A DNA stretch of 64,000 nt, taken from assembly GCF_006345805.1 (NCBI RefSeq), contig NC_043010.1, forward strand, positions 6,510,001 through 6,574,000, read 5' to 3'. This DNA comes from Octopus sinensis (taxonomy: Eukaryota). The notes under the pieces are model-generated. The model had not been told where the DNA came from. It did not search any database and saw only the letters and a list, made by a program, of their open reading frames with translations. Below are positions 1 through 12,410 of this stretch, in pieces; the stretch's first letter is position 1; every line of letters begins with the position of its first letter. The position numbers and the translations under genes were made by a program.

Positions 1-285
1 CTGGCAATTTGTAAGCAAACGCAGGCTGTCCAAAATAACCGAGGTTCCTGTAATAATTTCAACTATAGGAGCAAATAACCGAAAAACACGAACCCGATAC
101 TCTAAAAAATAAATTAAATCACTTAAACCAGGAATATTTCACAAAATTTCCTTTCAATCAATTGTGTGTTTATAGGTCTATAACCGCCTTTAAAAGTATT
201 TTCACTTGACTTTTATAAATGAGGCCCGCCAAGGTTCCAAAGACGCACTGTGCGGCCCGCGATCAAAAAAGTTCGCCCACCCCTG
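1..285. mobile_element. One end of a hAT-type (Charlie-like) DNA transposon; other end outside the window
   Basis: Ends ...GCGGCCCGCGATCAAAAAAGTTCGCCCACCCCTG, resembling hAT termini, followed by ATTTAGAT, close to the NTCTAGAN Charlie target. Only one end is visible. Confidence 0.5.
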
Positions 286-600
286 ATTTAGATGATAACA
301 GCATGATCTAACCAAATTAGCTGATGGATTTATGAGTATTATTTATCCAGACTAGAGGATTAATAAAGTAATATGAAAAATAAAGGATGTAAGTGAAACT
401 CAGTCAATGGAGTATGTTTGAAAGAGATGATGTTTGCCTATATTAATACACATATAACTACATTCCTTCCATATACATATATAGCAGGATTCTATCCAGT
501 TTCTGTCCACCAAATTACAATGCCAGGGGATACTTCTAAAGGTGCCATGCAGCAGGATTGAACCTTGAAATCAAATGTTTGTAAAGCGAGCTACTTAATC

Positions 601-965
601 ATAACTCTGAGCACCTTTTCAAACTCCACCCGTCTAACACCCGTGGACATATTTACAAAGTCAGAAAACAGCACAGCTCCCATGACTTCAGGAAACATTT
701 TTTCACGCTGAGAGTTGCTGAAGCATGGAACAAACTGCCGGCATCAGTTGTTAGTTGTCAGAGCACTGCATCCTTCAAAACTTCCATGCTTTCTGAGATT
801 CGCCAACACTACACCTGATCTTTCTCCCCTCCATACACACACAAGTATGTATCTGACTCATACATTGTTCGCTTTCCAGACATTTGTACATTACTGCATG
901 TACTTTATATGCACTTTCTGACAAGTTGTGGTGCACCTGGGCACTGTATACAATAATTTCATTAT
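601..965 (+). mobile_element. CR1-clade LINE 3' fragment (ORF2 C-terminus and 3' UTR)
   Basis: Encodes HLFKLHPSNTRGHIYKVRKQ...FRKHFFTLRVAEAWNKLPASVV, a CR1-type C-terminus. Nearly identical to 47752-48302 on the minus strand. Confidence 0.8.
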
Positions 966-1149
966 ATATATACTCTGTGCCCCATATATTGTTTGGATGT
1001 TGATGGATTTGTATGGCTGACTGGACATTCAGCCTGTGTTGGCGCCAGTCCTTCCTGACATTCGAGGTAAACACACACACACATGCATGTACAGGTAAAA
1101 AGGAAGAGAAACAGGGAGAGGGCAAGACATTGCAAATTACTCATTAAAT

Positions 1150-1313
1150 AGGTGCAGGAGTGGCTGTGTGGTAAGTAGCTTGCTTACCAACCACATGGTT
1201 CTAGGTTCATTCCCACTGCATGGCACCCAGGGTAAGTGTCTTCTACTATAGACTCGGGCCGACCGAAGCCTTGTCAGTGAATTTGATCGACGAAAACTGA
1301 AAGAAGCCTGTCG

Positions 1314-1405
<92 letters not shown>

Positions 1406-1532
1406 TTGTGTGTCTATGTTTGTCCCCTCGAACATCGCTTGACAACCGATGGTGGTGTGTTTATATCTCCGTAACTTAGCAGTTTGGCAAAAAGAGACCG
1501 GTAGGATAAAAACTAGGCTTAGAAAGAATAAG
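1150..1532 (+). mobile_element. SINE-A (tRNA-derived, internal TA/TG microsatellite), 3' truncated
   Basis: A-box-like TGGCTGTGTGG, B-box-like GGTTCATTCCC; body matches about 15 other copies in the window. Confidence 0.9.
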
Positions 1533-1533
1533 A

Positions 1534-1858
1534 CTTATTCTTTGTAAGCCTAGTACTTATTCTATCGGTCTCTTTTGCCGAGCTGCTAAGTGATGGGGAC
1601 ATAAACACACCAACATTGGTTGTCAAGCAATGCTAGGGGGACAAACACAGACACACAAACATACACACACACACATATATATATATATATGTATATATAC
1701 GATGAGCTTCTTTCAGTTTCCGTCTACCAAATCCACTCACAAGACTTTGGTCGGCCCGAGGCTATAGTAGAAGACACTTGCCCAAGGTGCCACGCAGTGG
1801 GACTGAACCCGGAACCATGTGGTTGGTAAACAAGCTACTTACCACACAGCCACTCCTG
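1534..1858 (-). mobile_element. SINE-A, 3' truncated, inverted against the previous copy
   Basis: Reverse complement of the SINE-A consensus; joins the plus copy tail-to-tail. Confidence 0.9.
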
Positions 1859-1861
1859 TGT

Positions 1862-2020
1862 CTTTTGTATTTTTTTTAACATATTCCCCTTTCAGATTCA
1901 CACACTTATTGCAGCAGTCCTTCAGTTTTTCTAAGTCCTGCAAAAGAACTCAGAAGTTTTGGCCTCCAATCAGGCTTTTCATGCTACCTTTAAAGCCAGG
2001 AACTTTTCAGCACTCTCTCG
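1862..2020 (-). mobile_element. Internally deleted mariner element (TIR plus transposase C-terminus)
   Basis: Minus strand reads TA|CGAGAGAGTGCTGAAAAGTTCCTGGCTTT (mariner-type TIR), then QDLEKLKDCCNKCVNLKGEYV, resembling the mariner C-terminal KLxxRWxKCxxxxGxYVE. Confidence 0.6.
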
Positions 2021-2528
2021 TATAGGTCGTGGAAACTGAGTAAATGGCCGTGTGAGTCCTAAAACTCAAGACAAGACTTACTTATTCATGTGATGAGTAA
2101 CAAGAATTTCCTGCATGCAACCAGGATGAAAGGATTGAGAGCTGCTGCTGTAGCATAATAATAGGACAAATATAAAGGAAAGTATTGTTTAGTATGTATA
2201 TCCATGAGACAAAAGTGGGTGGGGCTACAGAATGTTCAACCCCTAAATGAGGACTGAAGTAGCCCTTGCTTTGCACCAGTGTATCACAGTGTGTGTCTAC
2301 AGAGTTGCATAAATAAATTGGTAGTACATACATGCAAACACACATACATATATACATAGATGCATTTATATATATATATTTCAGTTGAATATACAGACAT
2401 GCATTCAACACACATTTATATCTCCCTCTATCTCTTGCTCTATCTTGCTCTCTAGCTCTCTCTTTCTCTCTCTATCTCTTTATATATATATATAATATAT
2501 ATATATATAATATATATATATATATAGG

Positions 2529-2581
<53 letters not shown>

Positions 2582-3119
2582 TTAAACTGAGGAGAGTGTG
2601 ACAGCACAAAACAACTAGTGTTGAAATCTTGATCACATGCTCTCTCTCTCTCTCCCCATCACTCTAGCTCTCTATTCCTCTCCCTCTCCCCCTCTTACTC
2701 TCTAATTAAGCTGGTGTTTTAGCATAGCGTAAAACAAATCTTCAAGGCAACAATAAACACACGTTCACAAGCAAGACACACAGTTCTGTTTGCTTTAGTT
2801 TGGCAGACTGATTAAAGAAAATGGTTCCACCCTTACTTCACAGTTGAGTGGTTAGTGGCAAGACAGGTATTGAACTGTAAAAGCAACAACTTCTCCAACT
2901 CACCACCATTCAACAACCCACTCCTGGTAAAATGGTTGACGAAAAAAAAAAGAGTAAAAGAAAACAAAAAGGAAAAAAAAAAGCAAAGAATGATTATTAT
3001 GTTCTGTGTTGGAGTGGGTGGCAGACCGATAATTAACCTCAAATACTTTTTGTGAAAGTGAAAGTGAACCCCTTGTTATATGCATAAGAGAATTAATTAT
3101 AACATGTCTCTGTTTCACT

Positions 3120-3410
3120 GAGGTATCTTGCCTGTGAGGAGAGTCTTAAGGATGCTCAGAATCACGGTGATGCATTTGCTAATCAAGTGTTCTCTATAAA
3201 CTTGGTGTTTTAACCAAAAACTGTTTCCACAGCAAGAGGCAAAAATCAAACATTGACAATTCAAAGAGAGCGACCCACACTTTCTCATCTCCACCCACCA
3301 AATCTCCCTTGTGATAAATGTCCACTGGCTCCTCTATACTACTCATGGCTTGAACAGCCACCTCAGACACCAGCACCCTTTGCACCCATCAAGATGAAGA
3401 GACTCAATCA
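3120..3410 (+). pseudogene. Possible decayed RTE-type LINE C-terminus with C2H2 finger
   Basis: CDKCPLA-(frameshift)-YTTHGLNSHLRHQH fits C-x2-C-x12-H-x4-H if one base is removed; upstream sequence is too decayed to confirm. Confidence 0.25.
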
Positions 3411-3564
3411 CTAGGTATAAATCTACTACTCAGATATGAATTAACGCTGCCGATGACTAGATTAAGTCACAGCAGGTGTGCCGTAACAAGGTGTAAAATA
3501 AATTTTTCAGGTGTTTTTGTTCTTGTTATTGTTTAGTCCCAGTCAACTGAGTTTAATGGGCAGC

Positions 3565-3616
<52 letters not shown>

Positions 3617-3618
<2 letters not shown>

Positions 3619-4768
3619 TGAAAACAAGAAAGCATCATACTCAGTCACAAAACAGGCAAAGGAATATCTAAGTGAATTCCGAATACAACCAATTTCGGAA
3701 TTAGAGATAGATATACAAGAAACAAGCACAGAAAAAGCTAGGCACATGAAAACCCGTGCCAAAACTGCGGCCTTAGATATTCTGAATAATAAATGGCAAG
3801 AAAAACCTCTCTATGGCAAATACCCAAAGAGAGCGAATAATGCAGATATCGACAAAGCCCTGACCCATCAATGGCTAATGGCCTCTGGCTTAAAATCTGA
3901 AACAGAGGGGTTTATCATAGCAGCTCAAGATCAATACCTACCAACAAGAAACTACCAGGCCAACATATTAAAGAATGGCAGTAGCCCAACATGTCGTGTA
4001 TGCCGACAACAAATTGAAACCATTGACCATGTTGTCTCCAAATGCAGTCTTCTAGCGCCTACAGAGTACCTCAGTAGGCATGATAGAGCTGCACAATATA
4101 TTCACTGGGTAATTTGCAAAAACCTGGATTTACCCCATGAAAAAAACTGGTGGGAACACAATCCACCTCCTGTGCTTGAAAATGACCACATCTCACTCCT
4201 CTGGAACTTCACCATTCAAACTGACAGGAAGATAGATGCAAATAGGCCAGACATTATATTGAAAGACTTCAGACAAAGAACATGCCTCCTCATTGATATG
4301 ACTGTCCCAATCGATATAAACGTATCTGTCAAGACCTACCAAAAACTGAGCAAATATAAAGATCTTGAAATAGAAATCAGCAAAATGTGGAAGCTGAAGA
4401 CTAAAACAATACCTGTTGTCATAGGTGCCCTGGGAATGATAGCGAAAGGGACTGATTGCTACCTAACTCAGATACCAGGAAACCCCAAAATGGCAGAAAT
4501 TCAAAAGATACTGCTCATGGGAACTGCTCATATCCTACGCAAAATACTCTCTATGTAATCCCAAGGTTTAAAACAAACTTTTTTTTTTAATCTTTTTATT
4601 TTATTTTTCATTTTTTTTTTTTTATGTATTAGACATTCATTAGTACAACACCAAAAAAAAAAAAAACCCCCAAATATATGGCACAGAACTTCCAACCTGT
4701 TGTCTCTTGAGGTCTCTGGGTGAGACTTGGAGCCAACTTGTACAGGCATAAAGCAAAAGTCAAACATC

Positions 4769-4769
<1 letters not shown>
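3617..4769 (+). mobile_element. 5'-truncated R4/Dong-type non-LTR retrotransposon inserted in (TAA)n
   Basis: Open frame from about 3617 to 4558 plus about 210 bp of 3' UTR, flanked by (TAA)17 at 3566-3616 and about 23 TAA units at 4770-4840. Confidence 0.88.
3620..4558 (+). pseudogene. C-terminal part of RLE-type LINE ORF: CCHC zinc knuckle plus restriction-like endonuclease
   Basis: CRVC..ETIDHVVSKC (CCHC), RHD, NRPDII..LIDMTVP..KLSKYKDL (PD-D/ExK nuclease). The frame continues upstream of the called ATG to the TAA array; the RT domain is absent. Confidence 0.9.
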
Positions 4770-4840
<71 letters not shown>

Positions 4841-4842
<2 letters not shown>

Positions 4843-5397
4843 GCCCCGATACAGTATCAGGCAGTGGCTGTCATAGCTTTTGATCTTAACTGATTGGAAG
4901 TGTTATCATGTACATTGTTTTGTCTTGGTATAAAAGATGGACTGCAGCAAATATTCTGCTCAATACCACAGATTTGCTTGTCAGTATTTTGACCTTAACC
5001 AGTTGAGCATGTCCCTTGGTGGCTGACGATATGTGCATCTCTGATCACGAGCAGAAGTAGTGGGGGAGCATCATAACCATGTGTTGAAAGGGATTCTTTG
5101 GGGTTTGAATAATTCACCTCTGGAAACATGGGTGTTTCGTTCAACATACTTAAACGACCCTTATTCAGGGACCTTTTGAGCGGGATGGGTTACTCGACCA
5201 GGAGAAAATTCTAACTGGGCCCCACCTGCAAGGTCATATGCTGTTTATCTTGATATGAGATCACCATGTCACGCACATATGGTTGTTATGCATGTACCTG
5301 GTGTACCCTTATCATATGAGTAGTCATGATGGGTATACTGGGTTTCGTATATTTCTACCCCATGTCACTTTGATGGCATACACTGCTCTTTCACTCA
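4841..5397 (+). repeat. Unclassified dispersed repeat embedded in (TAA)n
   Basis: Flanked by TAA arrays on both sides; homologous segment at 47464-47640; no recognisable ORF. Confidence 0.6.
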
Positions 5398-5662
5398 ATA
5401 ATAATAATAATAACAATAATAATAATGATAATAATGAACTTATTGTATACAGTACTCAAATCATCAGAGAACTTATAATAAAACTTCTACCAATCCTGGC
5501 TTTCCTCTCTGTTTCTCAGACACAATGGATTCAGTACCAAACTATGCAATGTTTCACTAGCTTTTTTTAAAAAAATATAAGATATGACATCTATGTTTTA
5601 ATGGGAAGGAATGTGTGTGTGCTTGTGTACATATATGCATGAATATGTGGAAGTGTGTGAGT

Positions 5663-5699
<37 letters not shown>

Positions 5700-5733
5700 A
5701 ATTGAAATTCTATCTCTTTCTTTCTCCAGCAAA

Positions 5734-6449
5734 ATGAAAGTACCTGGTCCAGAGGAAGCTATTATGCTATTGTCTAATTTGTCTCAACAAAAATTATGCT
5801 ATGGTACAACACTAATTGTGCAAAACTTATGAGGAACTACATTGAGGCAAATGTTTTCACTGGTTGTGGTGAAGGTGAGACCATCTTCATTCCTCCCATA
5901 CCAGTTATGCCATCTAATGTCCCATTCCAGTTTAAGTGATTACAGTTTCTTATCCACCCTTCTTTGGCAATGAGCCTTAATAAAACTCAGGACCAAACAT
6001 TAAAAGCTGCTAGGTTGTAACTTGAAGAACCATGCTTTTCACATGGTCAACTTTATGCAGGAACATCACATGTGGGAGCAAAAACAAATCTTTTTACTCA
6101 TGCACCCCAAAATAAAACTAAAAACATTGTTTATAAAGAATTAATCATTCTTATTTCAACATAAATACTCCAATAACTTAATTTGCCATTACTATCATTA
6201 CATTCAAGAATGAAATCGATCTTTTTCCTACTTCGGTTGCTACATGTTTTTCTTTTATAAAATACACAGATACAAGAGGTTCATGTATGAAATTGATATT
6301 TTTTCTACTTCAATTATTACATATTTTTTTCTTATAAAAATACATACATACAGGAGGAGTAAATTACATATATAATAATAATAATTTGCATGTGGCTCCC
6401 AAGAAACAGGAAAAGTAATTACCCAATCAACGATGGGTATTACTATTAG
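5734..6449 (+). pseudogene. Helitron remnant: PIF1-like helicase C-terminus with decayed 3' end
   Basis: With one frameshift and stops it reads IMLLSNL..KLCYGT.LIV..LMRNYIEA..FTGCGEGETIFIP.IP..PS..PFQFK*LQF...LAMSLNKTQDQTL...EEPCFSHGQLY...KNIVYKEL. Hairpin TACCCA/TGGGTA (6420-6439) is followed by TTAG|T. Confidence 0.85.
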
Positions 6450-6494
6450 TAGTAAATATATAGAAAATAAGTCTAACCAAATTATGTGCTATAC

Positions 6495-6730
6495 TCATAC
6501 ATACACACATATATCTTTATATATGTGTGCATATGTTTATATTTGATGCCTGAAAATACATACATACATACGTACATGCATACATACATACATACATACA
6601 TACATACATACATACTTACATACCTACATGCACACACATACACATACATACATATATATATACACACACATATACAGACATCCATACATATATGAATGTT
6701 ATATGTATGAGTGAAAGTATGTGTGTCTGC

Positions 6731-6767
<37 letters not shown>

Positions 6768-6819
6768 CATATACATACATACATGCATGCATACATACAT
6801 ACATACATACATACATACA

Positions 6820-6854
<35 letters not shown>

Positions 6855-6860
6855 CTATGT
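6495..6860. repeat. Compound (TACA)n/(TA)n microsatellite
   Basis: Direct inspection. Confidence 0.95.
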
Positions 6861-7835
6861 GTGTATGTATATCAAGTGGTCTAGGTAGAGAGAGCTTGTT
6901 AATGTGTCTGAGAAAATGACAAGATGGACATGGTTTCATTGTAGCCTAATAAATGAAGAGGCATTTATGCAGTTGTTTAGCCTACAAAAAATAACAACCA
7001 AATCCCTCACAAATCCCTGTCATTTTTACATAAAGGAAAGTATATTATTGGATAATGCTGTCTTAGCCAAAATAGATCGGATGGTCATGGCTGGAATCCT
7101 TTTAATCATAGATCTGATTGATCAGGGCTGGTCCAAGGGTTTAAATAATGATAACAAGAACAGAGCTGGCCCTTCATACTGCGCCAATTATACAAAATAA
7201 GACAAGGCTTCATTCTATTTACTGCATAGTATTCATGTGGCATGTACTTCAAATTTCTATGCCTATGGTTGAAATATTCACTTGATTTTTAGAGAAGTGA
7301 AAAATGGAACAGTGAGTTATAATGAGCTCATTAAATCTTAATTACTTATTAAACACCAATATCATTTATGTGGCATCAGAAGAGAAAAAAATAATGCAAA
7401 TAATATATTAAAAATGATTTTTTGTGACAATTCATCATTGCTGTAATATGATGTTGTTACTACAGTGAAGGAAGCATAGCATGAAAGTAAAATTGATGAT
7501 TTTTTTTTGTGGCAGACAATGCGTAATATGACACATGAAACCATCATTGATATATTGTAGAACCTGCTAGAGGTCAAGTTTTAGGAAACCACAGAAAGTA
7601 ATTTATAATATTACTTGCTTCAGGCAACTGCTGTAAAGTAGAATGTGAGCATTCAGTGAGTTAAGTCTACTGCCTTGTTTCAATCTCCAGCTGGTAATTA
7701 TTCTACATTGTTTAGTGAATTAGCATTAGTTGCCAGAGTGTCAAGCAGAGTACTTTCTGATATTTTGATTCAGCTCCCTTACACCCTGTGTTCAAATCCT
7801 ACTGAGGTCAAGTTTTCCTTTTATACTTCCATAGT

Positions 7836-8021
7836 GGTGTAGGAGTGGCTGTGTGGTAAGTAGCTTGCTTACCAACCACATGGTTCCGGGTTCGTCCCAC
7901 TGCTTGGCACCTTGGGCAAGTGTCTTCTACTATAGCCTCGGGCCAATCAAAGCCTTGTGAGTGGATTTGGTAGACGGAAACTGAAAGAAGCCCGTTGTAT
8001 ATATATATATTATATATATAT

Positions 8022-8074
<53 letters not shown>

Positions 8075-8290
8075 ATATGCTTGTGTGTTTGTGTTTGTTC
8101 CCCCAACATCGTTTGACAACCGATACTGGTGTGTTTACATCCCCGTAACTTAGCGGTTTGGCAAAAGAGACTGATAGAATAAGTACTAGGCTTACAAAGA
8201 ATAAGTCCTGGGGTCGATTTGCTTGACTAAAAGTGGTACTCCAGCATGGCCACAGTGAAATGACTGAAACATGTAAAAGAGTAAAAAGAG
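7836..8290 (+). mobile_element. SINE-A, full length
   Basis: Matches the SINE-A head, body and TGAAACA-GTAAAAGAG tail. Confidence 0.9.
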
Positions 8291-8643
8291 AGAGAGTTTT
8301 CTAAATAAAGTATCAATAAAGAGTTGGGGATTAGAATTGTTAGAGCATTAGACAAGCTATCTTGCAGTATCTATTTTAAGTCTTGGCATTCTGGGTTCAA
8401 ATCCTCTGTTGGTTAACTTAGCTTTTTATCTAGTTGGAGGGGAGAAGGGTTCAGTAAGTAAATACCAAATCAAGATGGTGGATTAGCAGAATTATTTGGG
8501 CATCATATGAGGTAAGTAACAGTCATTTTTACAGGTTCTTTGCATTGTGAGCTCAGATTTCACCTGTCACTGGTTTTTTCATTGAGCCTTTGAGAGAATA
8601 AGATAAAAGACAATAGGTTGCCAATGTCTGATAGAGTGAAACA

Positions 8644-9718
8644 TTCATCATCATCATCATCATCATTTAACGTCCGCTTTCCATGCTGGCATGGGTTGGA
8701 CGGTTCAACTGGGGTCTGGGGAGCCCGAAGGCTGCACCAGGCCAGTCAGATCTGGTAGTGTTTCTACAGCTGGATGCCCTTCCTAACGCCAACCACTCCG
8801 TGAGTGTAGTGGGTGATTTTTATGTGCCACCGACACAGGTGCCAGACGAGGCTGGCGAACGGCCACGCTCGGATGGTGTTTTTTATGTGCCACCGACACA
8901 GGTGCCAGATGAGGCTGGCGAACGGCCACGCTCGGATGGTGTTTTTTATGTGCCACCGACACAGGTGCCAGATGAGGCTGGCAGACGGCCACGCTCGGAT
9001 GGTATTTTTATGTGCCACCGACACAGGTGCCAGACGAGGCTGGCGAACGGCCACGCTCGGATGGTGTTTTTTATGTGCCACCGACACAGGTGCCAGATGA
9101 GGCTGGCGAACGGCCACGCTCGGATGGTGTTTTTTATGTGCCACCGACACAGGTGCCAGACGAGGCTGGCGAACGGCCACGCTCGGATGGTGTTTTTTAT
9201 GTGCCACCGACACAGGTGCCAGATGAGGCTGGCGAATGGCCACGATCGGATGGTGTTTGTTACGTCCCCAAAGCACGGAGGCCAGTCTATGCGGTACTGG
9301 CTACGGCCACGTTCGGATGATTTTCTTGTGTGCCACCGGCACTGGTACCACAAAGATACAAATTCCATTGATGTTCATCTATTTTGATTTGTTTTGATTT
9401 GATTTTCACTTGCCTCAACAGGTCTTCACAAGTGTCACAAGAAGGAAGGTATGCACAGGTGGAATGACTACGTCCCAGGTAGGGGCCACGGGTTATGGCC
9501 TGACTAGTCTTGCCGGGTCTTCGGATGGTGTTTTTATGTGCCACCGACACAGGTGCCAGATGAGGCTGGCGAACGGCCACGATCGGATGGTGTTTGTTAC
9601 GTGCCCACAGCACGGAGGCCAGTCGATGCGGTACTGGCTACGGCCACGTTCGGATGGTTTTCTTGTGTGCCACAAAGATACAAATTCCATTGATGTTCAT
9701 CTATTTTGATTTGTTTTG
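8644..9718 (-). mobile_element. RTE-3'UTR-derived element with expanded internal array and duplicated block
   Basis: (CAT)n tail at 8644; GGTTGGCGTTAGGAAGGGCATCCAGCTGTAGAAA motif shared with the RTE LINE 3' UTR near 30295; 9522-9718 duplicates about 9183-9410. Confidence 0.8.
8821..9260. repeat. 63-bp tandem array, 7 near-identical units
   Basis: Unit starts at 8821, 8884, 8947, 9009, 9072, 9135 and 9198; no spacers. Confidence 0.95.
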
Positions 9719-9859
9719 ATAACTGTTGAAAAGCTTTGGTTGCATCAATGTAAATAGAATAAACAGCACAAAGCAAGGTAAATACTTAGAACAGCAAATA
9801 GATATATTATGTATTAGTCGGAGTGGTGTCCTCATCTTGGTTGTTACTTTTCACTACAT

Positions 9860-10169
9860 TTCCGTGCTGGTGGCACATAAAAAGCACCATCCGAATCGTG
9901 GCCGATGCCAGCGCCACCTTGACTGGCTTCTGTGCTGGTGGCACGTAAAATGCACCAATCTGATCGTGGCCGTTGCCAGCATCGCCTGGCACCTGAGCAG
10001 GTGGCACGTAAAAAGCACCCACTATACTCACGGAGTGGTTGGTGTTAGGAAGGGCATCCAGCTGTAGAAACACTGCCAGATCAGACTGGAGCCTGGTGCA
10101 GCCTTCTGGCTTCCCAGATCCCTGGTCGAACCGTCCAACCCATGCTAGCATGGAGAACGGATGTTAAAC

Positions 10170-10212
<43 letters not shown>
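9860..10212 (+). mobile_element. RTE-3'UTR-derived element
   Basis: Same family motif; ends in (GAT)n. Confidence 0.85.
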
Positions 10213-10595
10213 GTTTCAGGTGTGCACATTTCAAACTTCTTCAAGTGTCTTGTGATTTACATTAGTGATTCACAAAAATTTATATAAGACATTCTATTGT
10301 AAAAATTGTCCAGCAACAGTAGGCTATTCAGCTAGTACAAAAAAAAAATAAGACAAATCTTCCTTTTGGAGACTGTACAGCATTTCAGTGCCTTTATTTA
10401 CCAAGCTATGTCCATAGGCAATGTCAGAATGAACCCTTATGCTCACGGGTATAGTGTAATAGTGTAGAGGATAAAGGTGCTGAAATACTGTGCAGTCACA
10501 AAGGGAATCATGATACACCTGAAGAAGGCTGGAGCATACAACAAGTGAAATGTAGTGAAAGAAATAAGACAAAGAACACCACACTGACTAATATA

Positions 10596-10670
10596 CAGGG
10601 TGGGCCAAAAGTTACGCACCAAAACATTTAGCATTTAATATAGTTATTATTATTATTGTTGTTCTTGTTG

Positions 10671-10736
<66 letters not shown>

Positions 10737-11033
10737 TCCAAATTCCACCAAAATCGACTTTACCTTTTGGGGTCAATGAAATTAAGTACCAGTGAAACAC
10801 TAGGGGCGATGTAATTGACAAGACCCCTCTCCACAAATTTCAGGCCTTGTACCTTTAGTAGAAAGGATTATTACTATTATTATTATTATTATTGTTATTA
10901 TTCATTTTGTCCATCAGGTACAAGTACATGTATATTCATTATTATTTCATTCAGTTTTACTAAAATAGAAGCATACTTTTGATAATTCTGGAATGCATTG
11001 AAGATTTTGGTGCATAAATTTTGGCCCACCCTG
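10596..11033. mobile_element. Tc1/mariner-type MITE with nested (TAT)n and SINE-B-related fragment
   Basis: TA|CAGGGTGGGCCAAAAGTTACGCACCAAAA ... TTTTGGTGCATAAATTTTGGCCCACCCTG|TA: about 29-bp TIR with TA target duplication. Confidence 0.85.
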
Positions 11034-11215
11034 TATAACAAATTCCTCGTCTCAGAAATATCGAACTGTAATCGCAAATAAATAAATAAACAAGAGTTTA
11101 TTTAAACAGTGAGTGAAAATCTTCACCAAGGCAACATCAACATCCTCTCCATGATTAGCAGGAGATGATTTTTAAAATGAGAATATCTGAAATAAACTCA
11201 AGTGTTCTCACAAAT

Positions 11216-11484
11216 CATCATCATCATCATCATCATCATCGTTTAACGTCTGTTTTCCGCGCTAGCACAGGTTGGATGGTTCGACCGGGGTCTGGGGAGC
11301 CAGGGGCTGCCCCAGGCTCTAGTCTGGTCTGGCAGTGTTTCTACAGCTGGATGCCCTTTCTAACGCCAACCACTCCGCGAGTGTAGTGGGTGCTTTTTAC
11401 GTGCCACCTGCACAGGTGCCAGAGGGGTCTGGCATCGGCCACGATCGGTTGGTGCTTTTTTTTATGTCCTACCGGCACAGAAGC
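11216..11484 (-). mobile_element. RTE-3'UTR-derived element
   Basis: (CAT)n tail and family motif. Confidence 0.85.
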
Positions 11485-11487
11485 CAA

Positions 11488-11700
11488 AAATTAAGTGAAA
11501 AAATCAGAAAAATAATCCAGAATCCTTGTCCAATACCGAATTGATCCCCAAATCTAATCACTTTGTGCCAGTTGCAAGGCCAAATATCTCTAATAGTTTC
11601 ATCTGATTCCATCCAATGGTTCTTGAGATATCTTGTCCATGGACAAACAAACAAACACGACTGAAGACAATACCTCTACCTTCGCCGAGGCAGAGGTAAT
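11488..11700 (+). repeat. Possible Helentron/HINE-like non-autonomous element
   Basis: (ACAA)n followed by the terminal hairpin TACCTCT...AGAGGTA; classification is from recalled architecture only. Confidence 0.3.
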
Positions 11701-12254
11701 AAATAAATAAATAAATAAATACTGTATTTGATGTCATGAAAGATGCATGGATTTATTAGTCTCACCCCAAATTCAGTCGTACATATTAGGGAGAAAAAAA
11801 GTTTTTTGAGTGCATTAAAGCATATGGGAAGCCTAACTTCACATAAAGGACCTGGGGTGATTTTTTGAGCTACATTTTTGGGGGGGAAAAAACCAAAAAA
11901 CATCTTATATGCCCTCTAATAAAAAAGCAATTGAAAAACATTAAAAGTTTAAAAATATTAAAAATGTAGTCTTAAGTCTATGATGCTTTTGGAAATATTT
12001 TCAAACTTCACAATTCTCATTTTTTTTCTGACACATTTCACATATCTAATAGGGATAATCTAATTATATCAAATTATAACTTAATTATTTCTAATTATTT
12101 CATTTCTTGTACCTAATAGGAAACCTCTTTGAAGTCTCTCTCTTGGTTAGAAATAGCAGCCAAATTTCCCTCCAGTAACACCCTACTGCAACAAAAAATA
12201 AGATGGCTGGAAGACGTTTGATCATAGGTTTATTCAGTCAGGGTTAATTGAGAG

Positions 12255-12410
12255 CTTAGTAGCAGCAAACGCTGCAGCAGTAGTAAGAGCAACAGCAGCA
12301 GCAAAAGCAGCAGCAACAGCAGTAGCATCAGTAGCAACAACAACAGCAGCTGAAGCAGCAGCAGCAACAGCAAGAGCAACAGCAGCAATGGCAAGAGCAG
12401 TAGTAGTGAT
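12255..12410. repeat. Imperfect (CAG/CAA)n microsatellite
   Basis: Direct inspection. Confidence 0.9.

Noticed and set aside
1936-2025. 90-nt exon candidate on the plus strand
   Set aside because: It is the antisense of a mariner TIR and transposase remnant.
8683-9387. 234-aa ORF with 21-aa repeats; also considered as a CRISPR array
   Set aside because: Produced by the 63-bp tandem array inside a retroposon UTR; the frame shifts at the 62-bp unit and there are no spacers or cas genes.
11718-11920. Possible pogo-like MITE beginning TACTGTATTT
   Set aside because: A matching second terminal repeat could not be identified.
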